Positions 52,965 to 64,000 of a stretch of DNA of 64,000 nucleotides are shown in pieces. Each line of letters opens with the position of its first letter. Position 1 is the stretch's first letter. The translations under genes were made by a program, and so were the position numbers. The stretch is from NCBI RefSeq assembly GCF_006345805.1, contig NC_043022.1:23064001-23128000 (forward strand). The letters are read 5' to 3'. This DNA is from Octopus sinensis (taxonomy: Eukaryota). The notes beneath the pieces were generated by a model that worked only from the letters and a program-made list of their open reading frames with translations, made no database searches and was not told the origin of the DNA.

Positions 52965-53283
52965 GTGGAGGTGCAATGGCCCAGTAGTTAGGGCAGCGGA
53001 CTCGTGGTCGGAGGATCACGGTTTCAATTCCCAGACAGGGCATTGTGTGTGTTTATTAAGTGAAAACACTTAAATGTCCATGAGGCTCCGGCGGGGGGGG
53101 GGGGGGTGACGACCCCTGTGGTACTCTTTCACCCCAACTTTCTCTCACTCTTTCTTCCTGTTTCTTGAGTAACGCTACGATGGACTGGTGTCCCATCAAG
53201 CTGGGGGGGGGGGTGAACACATATGCCACAGAAACAGGGAAACTGGGCCCATGAGCCTGGCTAGGCATGAAAAGGGCGCATAA
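52965..53283 (+). mobile_element. tRNA-derived SINE family C
   Basis: Head GGAGG(T/C)GCAATGGCCCAG..GTTAGGGCAGCGGACTCG...GGTTTC(G/A)ATTCCC. Minus copies ~372-559, 1914-2214, 2527-2805, 12953-13250, 53500-53690, 61455-61747. Confidence 0.9.
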
Positions 53284-53297
53284 AATAATATATATAT

Positions 53298-53358
<61 letters not shown>

Positions 53359-55004
53359 TATATACATACATATATACATACATATACATACATATATATA
53401 TAATTAATCACATGACCGACCAGGCTATCGCTGGTCACAATGCGCTTCGCATTGTTTTAGCCTTCAAATGACACCACCCCACTGGCTAAGCGAGCAGGCC
53501 AACAGAAGAAACAGTGAGAGAAAGTTGTGGCGAAAGAGTACATCAGGGATCGCCACACTCCCTGCCGGAGCCTTGTGGAGCTTTAAATGTTTTCGCTCAA
53601 TAAACACTCACAATGCCCGGTCTGGGAATTGAAACCGCGATCCTACGACCGCGAGTCCGCTGCCCTAACCACTGGGCCATTGTGCCTCCACATATAATGT
53701 AATTAATTAATATATATAATAATAATAATATTCAGGAGTATATCTCCAAACTTACAATTTAGTATTAAATCAAATTTCACAGTATAAATATATAAAACAT
53801 AAATTAAGAGATAAAACCACTATTATGCAACTCAAACAGTGATAGACATAAACCAATACATAAATTACAAATAATACATATATAATGGACTAATTAATTT
53901 ATTTATTTTTCGTTATATGTCTATATATTTATTGATAGAGAAAATTTTAGATTTTTAATTACTATATTTGTTGATTATAATTTAGATACTTATTTTTATG
54001 TATTTATTATTTTATAATTATTAGATGTGTACTTAAATCTAAAAATATGAATAGTGATTATTTTCTTAAATAATTTGGTAATTAAATATTGGAGTATAAC
54101 TGAGTTAAAGATATTTGAGAGTTTATTATGTTTTTTAAAGCCAAATTAAATCTTCAAAGATAAATACATATTTCTATCTATTTTTTTTTTACCTTAAAAA
54201 TCAAATATTTAACGTAATAAATGTGTTGTAGGAAATAATCCTAATGTTTTAAGTTTCTAATTTAGTTAATGGAGTTTTTTCGATAAGAAAAGTTATTATT
54301 TTATTTATTTCTTAAATAAATATTGTTTAACTCTGTTTGCTTATTTATTTAACTATTATCATTAACCTGAAGATTGACTATAATTTTAATTCGAATTTAT
54401 TTCAATTGAATTTAAACTTAATTGTAATTTGAATTTAATTTTAGCCATACCAAAGCCCCGGGCCAATCAAAGCCTTGTGATTGGATTTGGTAGACAGAAA
54501 CTGAAAGAAGCCTGTCGTATATATGTATATGTATATGTGTGTCTGTGTTTGTCCCCCCAACATCGCTTGACAACCGATGCTGGTGAGTTTACATCCCCAT
54601 AAATTAGCAGTTCGGCAAAACAGACCGATAGAATAAGTACTAGGCTTACAAAGAATAAGTCCTGAGGTCGATTTGCTCGACTAAAGGCGGTGCTCCAGCA
54701 TGGCCACAGTCAAATGACTGAAACAAGTAAAAGAGTATTTAATGTAAAAAACACCCAGGAGATTGCAGTGTGATCCTGCCGCTATACAAATGGCCTTGCA
54801 ATCAGGGATTGACCACAGTCTCCAGCAGCTTCACACAGCTGTCTGAAATTAAGCCAAATGATCCATGACTTGATACAGGCCTGACGTATGTTGGTCAGGG
54901 ATCCCTGCTCTACAGGATACAGCAGAAAAATATATATATTCCATCAAATATGAACTACATAAATCAAGAAGAGGCACGTGAAAAGCAACATAAGGACACC
55001 ATAC

Positions 55005-55133
55005 CTGAGCCTGACTGTAATGCTTCTTAGAGGCTTTGCCGACAATAAATATTTGTTGTTGGGAAATTTCTAGGTCTTTGTAAATACCAATATCTTTGGC
55101 TGAGCCATATGCTGCCTTGAACAGCAACTGTGT
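55005..55133 (-). CDS. rdgB: rdgB/PITPNM exon (LNS2 C-terminal part)
   Basis: ctttcag|ACA...CAG|gtatgg; 129 nt; TQLLFKAAYGSAKDIGIYKDLEISQQQIFIVGKASKKHYSQAQ. Confidence 0.94.
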
Positions 55134-55346
55134 CTGAAAGACAGAATTTGAAAGACGGCAATGGTAAAATGCATGAAAAACTAGTAATGAACGAAGGAAT
55201 TAGAACAAAGCAAAGAAATTTAGTAAACATCAACATGCTGCAATTATCTACCTACTTAACATCTACACACTTTGTTTATCTTTATGTGGGTGTAGACACC
55301 ACACACACACACACACCACACACACACACACACACAAACACACATA

Positions 55347-55593
55347 TTGGGTTGGTGCATAATTATTGCAGTTTGTTTTCAAGAAATTTTATTCAACAAA
55401 AACAATAACAATATGTAACAAAAATATCTTTAAATGATTATTCCGGAGCATATTCACCATCTACTTCAATTACTGCTTCCTATTTGCTTGGCAGTTGGTC
55501 AGGCCATCATTTAAAGATGTTTTTGTTAAATATTGTTATTGTTTTTGTTGAATAAAATTTGTTGAAAAAAAGCCGCAATAATTATGCACCAAC

Positions 55594-55597
<4 letters not shown>
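55347..55597 (-). mobile_element. Internally deleted mariner
   Basis: TIRs TTGGGTTGGTGCATAATTATTGC; residual C-terminal peptide DQLPSK*EAVIEVDGEY. Confidence 0.8.
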
Positions 55598-55670
<73 letters not shown>

Positions 55671-56246
55671 CCCCGCCTTGACTAGCTTCCGTGCCGGTGG
55701 CATGTAAAAAGCACCATTCGATCGTGGCCGTTTGCCAGCCTCGCCTGGCCTCCGTGCCGATGGCACGTAAAAAGCACCATCCGACCGTGGCTGTTTACCA
55801 GCCTCATCTGGCACGTAAAAAGCACCCACTACACTCATGGAGTGGTTGGCTTTAGGAAGGGCATCCAGCCATAGAAACACTGCCAGATCAGACTGGGTCT
55901 GGTGCAGCCTTCCGGCTTCCCAGACCCCAGTTGCACCGTCCAACCCATGCCAGCATGGAAAGCGGACGCTAAACGATGATGATGATGATGGTGATGATAG
56001 GTGCAGGCATAGCTGTGTTGGTAGGAAGCTTGCTTCCCAACCATATAGCTCTGGGTTCAGTCCCACGGCATGGCACCTTCAGCAAGTGTCTTCTACTATA
56101 ACCTCGGGATGACCAAAGCCTTGTGAATGGATCTGGTAGACAGAAACTGAAAGAAGCCTGTTGCATATCTGTGTTGTGTGTGTGTGTGTGTCTCCTACCA
56201 CTCTTGGCAACTAGTGATTAAACTAATTACATTTATGCATACTTAC

Positions 56247-56430
56247 ATCGTCTTTATAGGTTTTGAGGAAGTTGAGCTTCTGTCTTAAGGGATCTTTAGA
56301 CAATCCATCCATGAACCCTACCATTCCATGGGGAAAATTGTGCTGCGCCAGCCATGATACAACCTTCCTATGTTGCATGTCAGGACGAGCAGTGACATAG
56401 AGTATTAGGTAACCAAGGTTTTGCCAATAG
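56247..56430 (-). CDS. rdgB: rdgB/PITPNM exon (LNS2)
   Basis: tttgcag|C...GAT|gtaagt; 184 nt; YWQNLGYLILYVTARPDMQHRKVVSWLAQHNFPHGMVGFMDGLSKDPLRQKLNFLKTYKDD; absent from the ORF track. Confidence 0.96.
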
Positions 56431-56456
56431 CTGCAAAGAAAACAATAAAGAGATAA

Positions 56457-56760
56457 TTAATAGAACCAGGAGTACCTTTAATAGAACAGGGAGATATTTC
56501 GTAGAACAAGGAGATATTTAATACAACAAAAAGATGTTTAATGGAATAAAAAGATGTTTAATAGAAGAGGAAAATATTTAATAGAATAGGGAGATGTTTA
56601 ATAGAATCAGGCGGACTTTTCCTAGAACAAAGAGATGATTAATAGAACAGGGAGATATTTAATAGAGCAGGGATATGTTTAATAGAACAAGGAGAGGTTT
56701 AAAAGAACAGGAGGTATTTAATAGAACAGGGAGATATTTAATAGAGCAGGGAGATATTTA
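56457..56760. repeat. ~20-bp minisatellite (TTAATAGAACAGGGAGATAT)n
   Basis: About 14 degenerate units ending ~27 nt from the 56430 acceptor. Confidence 0.85.
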
Positions 56761-58213
56761 GCCTTTTAGTGTTCAGATGACTGTGAAATGCAATGGTTAT
56801 TTATTCACATTGTTTTCAATTAATCATATATGATCTCATAGCTTCAAGATTTTGATGATGTGATTGTTCATTTTTAGAATGACATTGTAGGGTAGGTGTG
56901 AAAGGCCAAATCTGGACTAATATTTAATTATTTACCAGGTAATTTTGCATGATCTCCATTCCCCTTATAGACTTTAACCAACTATGAGAAATTCCTAACT
57001 TTGTTAATATGACATTATTCTCATCTGTCAACTCACTATACTGCATGGCAGTATACTTATGACGCATAACTTCAACTCATTAACTTTTTCTCTATTCATT
57101 CCACTTCTTTTACCCTAGAGTGGTTTTCTTCCTCCTTTCCAACCACATTCCAGAAGTTTTGAACCATATCACTTTGAGCTAAACCCAAGCAAAACAACTC
57201 TCCACTAACAAACATATCAATACACAATGAGTTATGTCCCTCTAATCCTATTACCCAAAACCTGAAACTCTTAACCACCACTGAGAAAATAATTGAGAAT
57301 AAATTTGCCTGGATATTTAAGTCAAATGATTGTGTCTGATGATTATCTAGAGATTTTTCTGGATATGACACGTCAAGTCAAGATTTAAAAACATTTATAC
57401 TGTTAAATATCTCACTGTGCAGTGTGTAATGATATATATATATGTGTGTGCGTGTGTCTTTGTGTCTGTGTTTGTCTCCTCATCATCACTTGATAACCAG
57501 TGTTGGTGTGTTTACATCCCTGTAACTTAGCGGTTCAGCAAAAGTGACCAATAAAATAAGCACTAGGCTTTAAAAGAAAATATGTCCTGCGGTCGATTTG
57601 TTTGACTAAAACCTTTCAAGGTAGTGCTCCAGCATGGCCGCAGTCAAATGACTGAAACAAATAAGAGAATATATACAGATACATATACTCTTTTACTTGT
57701 TTCAGTCATTTGACTGCGGCCATGCTGGAGCACCGCCTTTAGTCGAGCAAATCGACCCCGGGACTTATTCTTATGTAAGCCCAGTACTTATTCTATCGGT
57801 CTCTTTTGCCGAACCGCTAAGTTATGGGGATGTAAACACACCAGCATCGGTTGTCAAGCAATGCTAGGGGGACAAACACAGACACACAAACATACACACA
57901 TATATATATTTATATATATATATATACATATATACGACAGGCTTCTTTCAGTTTCTGTCTACCAAATCCACTCATAAGGCATTGGTCGGCCCAAGGCTAT
58001 AGCAGAAGACACTTACCCAAGATGCCACACAGTGGGACTGAACCCGGAACCATGTGGTTGGTAATCAAGCTACTTACCACACAGCCACTCCTGCGCCTAT
58101 ATATATGCATATACATATAATTATACGCATTATATGTACAGTTGTATTGGAGATGATGCACCTAAAAGCATTCTACTAAATGATGGAGTATAAAGTGAAG
58201 AGAAGCTACAAAC

Positions 58214-58363
58214 CGAACAACATCAACTGCTCCGGCACGAACTTTCGGATCTTTGCCCATAATGGACATACTAGCAGTGAATGAGCCATCAATACTGAAA
58301 ACGACTGCTTCAGTCTTTGGGGGTAGTACAGCTAAATGAAAGTCCACGATGGAATGGTCACCT
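58214..58363 (-). CDS. rdgB: rdgB/PITPNM exon with degenerate HAD motif (VVFSIDGSF)
   Basis: ccaacag|A...CG|gtttg; 150 nt; GDHSIVDFHLAVLPPKTEAVVFSIDGSFTASMSIMGKDPKVRAGAVDVV(R). SIDGS replaces the lipin DxDxT, as expected for Nir/rdgB. Confidence 0.96.
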
Positions 58364-58600
58364 CTGTTGGAAAGAAAATCAAAAAAGATTATATAGAAAG
58401 TGGATTCAAGATACATGAATCTGGAAATATACTTAACTATTTTCTGATTTTGTGATCAGATTTCTCTCCAGAAGATACAATCCCAATACATTTCAACTAA
58501 TTTTAAACATCTATTGGGATGCAGTTCTATATTTAAGAGATGAAGAATTATGTACATTATTTACATTTGACGGATATTTGTCCAAATCTTGTTTGTTGTT

Positions 58601-58646
58601 AACACTACATTTCGGCTGATATACCCTCCAGCCTTCTTCAGGTGTC
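58601..58646 (-). ncRNA. Minimal type I hammerhead motif (Penelope type), sense to rdgB pre-mRNA
   Basis: GACAC-CTGAAGA-A-GGCTGG(agggtata)TCAGCC-GAAA-T-GT-A-GTGTT; loopless stem III; cut 58606/58605. Confidence 0.75.
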
Positions 58647-58693
58647 TTGGGGAAATTTCGAACCTGGGTTCTCATTCCTAAGGTATTTTTCGA

Positions 58694-58735
<42 letters not shown>

Positions 58736-58758
58736 CATTCAGGTCACTGCCTGGAATC

Positions 58759-58796
<38 letters not shown>

Positions 58797-58852
58797 GCAA
58801 CAACATCGAAAAATACTTTAGGAATGAGAACCCAAGTTTGCAATTTCCCCAA

Positions 58853-58898
58853 AACACCTGATGAAGGCTGGAGGGTATATCAGCTGAAACGTTGTGTT
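58853..58898 (+). ncRNA. Minimal type I hammerhead motif (inverted partner of 58601-58646)
   Basis: AACAC-CTGATGA-A-GGCTG...CAGCT-GAAA-C-GT-T-GTGTT; palindromic ACGT stem III; G-U at pair 10.1/11.1. Confidence 0.7.
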
Positions 58899-59750
58899 AA
58901 CAACAAACAAGATGAGGACAAATATCCGTCAAATGTAAATAACTGTCTGTTGGGATGCTGGTATATTTAACATATCAGGACAATTATCCCGCTAGGACAA
59001 CCCCACCACCGATGACCACTACCCCCTAGGGCAATTACCCCACTCTTTGTTAATTACCCCCTCTTCAATATATTAAGAAGTTTTAAATCATCATCTGTAG
59101 TCCTCGGGAATAATTGACCACTGGGGGTGGGGTAAATGTCCTAGACTCATATTTAATGGTATATAAAAGATATTTAACGGTGTAACATAAAATGCCCTTG
59201 TGCTGGTACCACATAAAATACACTTGTGCTGGTGCCATGTAAAATGCACTTGTGCAGCTCATGTAAAATGCAATTATACCAGTGCGATGTAAAAGTACCA
59301 AATCCAATCTGTAAAGTGGAGCCTTGTGCAGCCATCTGGTTCGCCAGACCTCAGTCAAATCATCCAACCCATGCTAGCATGGAAAGTGGACATTAAATGA
59401 TGATGATGATGATGATGATGATATGATGATGATGATGATGAAACAAATTCTCATCACATCGAACTCTTGGACTGAACCAGGGATCTTTAGAACCACAGCT
59501 CAACACACTTTCAACTGAGCTATTTCAGCTACCAATAATAGCCTCAAAATCTCTAGGAGGAATTACAACCGTGTTTCGTGGTCTGCTACCACAACAGCTC
59601 CTTTATAGGATCCAGTTAGCTCAAGACATCATCAGGAGGAACCACGTCCGGTTTCGGCCCCTACTCCTCTACCATTTTGACGTGGAGGTGTCTTCAGCTC
59701 TGGTGTTGGGTGCATATCTTCTTTCTTCTATTCCCTGGCCTCTTATGACG

Positions 59751-59794
<44 letters not shown>

Positions 59795-60106
59795 CTATAC
59801 ACATATATATGGGGCTGGCCAGGTCGGAGCAATCTCAAGATTAATCAGCCAAAATTGCGAAGATGATCCGGTTCTTGACTGAAAATCAGAGGCTTCGAAT
59901 GTCCCGTCCGTTTTTTTTGTATCGTCTTCTAAATGCTTTGCGTTCTTGTCCCAGTTTGTGTTTTTTTACATTTACCTATATATGTATATATGTATATATA
60001 CATATATACATATGTATATATACATATATACATATATACATATACATATATACATATATATATATATACATATACATATATCATATATATATATCATATA
60101 TATATA

Positions 60107-60148
<42 letters not shown>

Positions 60149-60341
60149 GTATATATGTATATATACATATGTATATATGTATATATTCATATATATATGT
60201 ATGGTCTTTAAAATGTAAAAAATATATATGGTGAATAATTGCTAGTGTATTAAACTGCATATCTTATATCATAGATCTGTTCACCCATGGTTGACCCGAG
60301 ATAAAATAACAACAGCAAAAAAAGGAAAATGGGGCCAATAC

Positions 60342-60490
60342 CTGACTATCATTTTAATGGGATAAATCCCTTGTGTGATCCTTTTCTCTTTTGGAATGGT
60401 GTAAGTCAAACGTCCATGGTTGTCTGTCAGTTCATGACCAAGGTGATCCCAATCCCCAGATGGTGGTACCGTCATTACATAAATATCAAC
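60342..60490 (-). CDS. rdgB: rdgB/PITPNM exon (LNS2 region)
   Basis: ctttcag|GTT...AG|gtattg; 149 nt; VDIYVMTVPPSGDWDHLGHELTDNHGRLTYTIPKEKRITQGIYPIKMIV(R); in frame with both neighbours. Confidence 0.95.
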
Positions 60491-60523
60491 CTGAAAGTAA
60501 AGCAAAGAGAGAAAAGAAGCAAA

Positions 60524-60554
<31 letters not shown>

Positions 60555-60721
60555 ATATAGGTGCAGGAGTGACTGTGTGGTAAGTAGCTTGATTACGAAC
60601 CACATGGTTCCGGGTTCAGTCCCACTGCGTGGCACCTTGGGCAAGTGTCTTCTACTGTAGCCTCGGGCCGACCAAAGCCTTGTGAGTGGATTTCGTAGAC
60701 GGAAACTGAAAGAAGCCTGTC

Positions 60722-60763
<42 letters not shown>

Positions 60764-61284
60764 GCGTGTGTATATGTTTGTGTGTCTGTGTTTGTCCCCC
60801 AACATCGCTTGACAACCGATGTTGGTGTGTTTACATCCCCATAACTTAGCGGTTTGGCAAAAGAGACCAATAGAGTAAGTACTAGGCTTACAAAGAATAA
60901 GTCCTGGGGTTGATTTGACTCGACTAAAGGCAGTGCTCCAGCATGGCCACAGTCAAATGGCAGAAGCACTGAACCCACAACCATGTGGTTGGGAAAAAAA
61001 CGTCTTCCCTCACAGCCACATCATTCAGCTGTGAACATAGTTTCTCCAACAAATAAAACCATCCCAGCCATGTCAACATAGATTGTCAAACAGTTGTAGA
61101 TAACATTTCTATCATCTGGGTTCAAGTCCTGCGAGAGTCACTCTTCTGACAGAACAAAGCCAGAATTTGAATTTCTCTCCTCTTCACATTCCGTATACAC
61201 ACAGTCATGCAATTCAGACACATGCACAATCTTATGCACATGCATGCACACGTGCACAACACCCATCAGTGTTCAATATCCTAC

Positions 61285-61401
61285 CTTCTCTCCAGATAGT
61301 GAGATCATGTCTAGGGGTCCATATGAAAATTTGGCAGTCAATACTTGTTCCACATCCTCAAGGACCAATACATCATTAGCTCGATGGTTGGGCTGTAGAT
61401 T
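61285..61401 (-). CDS. rdgB: rdgB/PITPNM (Nir-type PI transfer protein) internal exon, start of LNS2 region
   Basis: tttacag|AAT...AAG|gtagg; 117 nt, phase 0-0; NLQPNHRANDVLVLEDVEQVLTAKFSYGPLDMISLSGEK matches the rdgB/PITPNM motif NHRANDVIV..QVL.ARF.YGPLDM..L.GEK. Confidence 0.93.
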
Positions 61402-62634
61402 CTGTAAAGAATAAAAACAGTATATATGATATATATATATTTTTTTTTATTTATGCGCCCTTTTTGAGCCTAGCCAGGCTCATGGGCTTGGTTTCTATGA
61501 TATAAGTGTTCCCCCCAGCTGGACGGGACACCAGTCCATCGCAGCATTACTTAGGAAACAGGAAGAAAGAGTGTGAGAAAGTTGGGGTGAAAGAGTACAA
61601 CAGGGGTTGCCACCACCCCCTGCTTGAGCCTCGTGGACCTTTAGGTGTTTTCGCTCAATAAACACACACAACACCCGGTCTGGGAATTGAAACCGCGATC
61701 CTCCGACCGTGAGTCTGCTGCCCTAACCACTGGCCTATTGCGCCTCCATATATATCGGGGTTCCACTATTCCCTTCTCTCTCTCTCTCTCTCTCCCTCTT
61801 TTACGTTGTCTGCCCTCCCCCCCTCTTCCTTTCCCCCCTTCCATTGCTAAGAGCATTTTTAAGCCAGCCCGTCAAGTTCAACCTTCGCATATTCGCCGTG
61901 TCAGGCCGAAAAACGAAATGTTCCCAAGATAAGAAAATCTTTCTAATCTAATTCATCCCGTAATCTGTACCAGTAATATTCTCATGCAAATTTGTCTGAT
62001 CTCTAGTGGTTAAGCTGTTTATTATTATTATTATTAGTATTATCCCTTTGACCCCCAGTCGACAATTTGTTTATTAGTATTATTATTATTATCATTTTCA
62101 GTTTCACCTCGTATTGCATATTCTGTATAATTTATTAGTTATTGTTGACCATCGGTTTCTGGCTTCGTGTCTCGCTAAATACAGAATAGATATTTATATT
62201 TAAGTTTCTCCATACAGGGGTTTTTTTTTTCAATGGCGGCCGATTTTCGCGGGGTTCCACTATTCCCTTCTCTCTCTCTCTCCCTCTTTTACGTTGTCTG
62301 CCCTCCCCCCCCTCTTCCTTTCCCCCCTTCCATTGCTAAGAGCATTTTTAAGCCAGCCCGTCAAGTTCAACCTTCGCATATTCCCGGTGCACCCGCCCTT
62401 GCCCACCCCCACCACCAATACCGGATATCTCTATATTTTGCTCCATCTATACCGGATGTCGCTTCTCCCACCACCATTATAGGTGTCTACTCTTCGAACC
62501 CCCCTCTTCAATACGCTATTTCACCATGCATTACCCCTCTCGTGATATCCTACGTTCTACTTGTCTAGAACCTGTCATCGTTTCTCCGAACACCCCTCCC
62601 CACTGGTGCTCCCCTATATTTCTGCACCCTCCCC

Positions 62635-62945
62635 ACACATAAAAAGCACCATCCGAACGTGGCCGATGCCAGCACCGCCCCGACTGGCTTCTGTGCAGGT
62701 GGCACATAAAAAGCACCAACTGACCGTGGCCGATGCCAGACCCCTCTGGCACCTGTGCAGGTGGCACGTAAAAAGCACCCACTACACTCGCGGAGTGGTT
62801 GGCGTTAGGAAGGGCATCCAGCTGTAGAAACACTGCCAGACCAGACTGGAGCCTGGGGCAGCCCCTGGCTCCCCAGACCCCGGTCGAAACCGTCCAACCC
62901 GTGCTAGCGCGGAAAACGGACGTTAAACGATGATGATGATGATGA

Positions 62946-62950
<5 letters not shown>
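62635..62950 (+). mobile_element. Retroposon family D (modular GGCACGTAAAAAGCAC units, (GAT)n tail)
   Basis: GGCGTTAGGAAGGGCATCCAG...GGACGTTAAACGATGATGAT. Other copies ~4300-4445, 10625-10850(-), 12290-12495, 13262-13478, 29930-30687, 45355-45500(-), 55670-55990, 59190-59440. Confidence 0.8.
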
Positions 62951-62990
<40 letters not shown>

Positions 62991-62994
62991 TATA

Positions 62995-63268
62995 TCTGTA
63001 AAATAATATGTACAATTATTCAATAGCCAAGATAAAACTCTGAGTTCGGATGCCAAGGTGGAAATCCACACCACCATCTCTTCGGTTATCTGGCCATCTC
63101 CTTACAGATAACCGAAGAGATGGTGGTGTGGATCCACCTTGCATCCGAAACTCAGAGTTTTATCTTGGCTATTGAATAATTGTCACATATTATTTTACAG
63201 ATAAATTTCCTCCATTTACATAATATTGAGGTCTCTTTCTTTCTTTTGTTATCTTACCGTTTTTACCA

Positions 63269-63270
<2 letters not shown>
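62995..63270 (+). mobile_element. Fold-back element family I with inverted hammerhead-like motifs
   Basis: Arms 62995-63091/63105-63202, tail to 63270, (TA)n flanks; plus motif AGATAA-CCGAAGA...GAAA-CTC-A-GAG-T-T-TTATCT. Confidence 0.72.
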
Positions 63271-63331
<61 letters not shown>

Positions 63332-64000
63332 TGCTGGCGACCTATGCAGAAGACTCATGATTCCTGAGAAGGCAAAAATACAAAGAGTTGAGATGTTTGT
63401 GTAGTTGGGCTGAGATATGATGTAAGAATTAATTTTTTGATTTATAAGCAACTCTAATAATGTAAATGTTATCAATGTCATATGCTTAATGTGTATTGTT
63501 TAAATGCTTTACGGCTGCAGTATTTCACCCAGGGAAAGACACTTTAAAGGGTATAGTGTCTAATCATACTCTGGTGGGAACAGTGTGGCTCTGGACCTAA
63601 ACAACAACAACCCAAGCCATGGCTTAGTGGTGTGCATTCAGTTCATGATCATAATGTCATGAGTTCAATATTGAGCATAACATAGTGTCCTTGAGCACTT
63701 TATTTCATATTGCTCCAGACCACTCAGCTGGCAAAAATGAGTTGTACTTGTAATTTAACCTTTTCATTACCAACCCGGCTGAAACCGGTTCTGGCTCTGA
63801 GTACAAATGTCTTGTTTCCATAAGTTTTGAATTAAAATCTTCCACAAAACCTTAGTCACAATTTATGTTCCTAACACTAGCTGAATGATAACCAAGTTAT
63901 TTTAATAAATTCTTTGTTATATTTAAAGTAATTGAAAGAAACACAGAGCATCTCAACAGAAATAATGGTAACAAATGTCTTGTTTTCATGAGTTTTGAAT

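Larger units (their letters stand above)
58512..58942 (-). mobile_element. Fold-back element family L (two hammerheads) in rdgB intron
   Basis: Arms from 58557 and to 58942 around (TTA)n/(ATA)n spacer; long arm has extra tail 58512-58556. Confidence 0.75.

Noticed and set aside
58511-58970. ORFs MIIII...KYPSNVNN on both strands
   Set aside because: By-products of the fold-back element and (ATT)n spacer

Overview
AT-rich, microsatellite-rich animal genomic DNA, most likely an octopus (inferred from the tRNA-derived SINE families and the TA/CA/GAT microsatellite load). Two genes are visible, both on the minus strand. (1) Six 3' coding exons of a membrane-associated phosphatidylinositol transfer protein (rdgB/PITPNM, LNS2 domain) at 61401-51978; all splice sites and phases join into one open frame. 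(2) One coding exon of a hillarin-type LIM protein at 21735-21289; no further exon of it was found. The rest is mostly repeats: five or six SINE families, a decayed Tc1 transposon with long TIRs, mariner/pogo/hAT/piggyBac-type MITEs, two non-autonomous Helitrons, RTE and Tigger fragments, and minisatellites. The most notable signal is a set of unrelated short fold-back elements, mostly next to (TA)n tracts, that carry type I hammerhead ribozyme motifs. These include a complete canonical motif at 34529-34601, an inverted pair inside an rdgB intron, U4C variants, and a motif with a compensatory G3-C8 swap of the catalytic C3-G8 pair. This fits non-autonomous Penelope-like elements. All folding and alignment was done by eye; ribozyme activity is untested, and SINE and low-confidence repeat boundaries are approximate.
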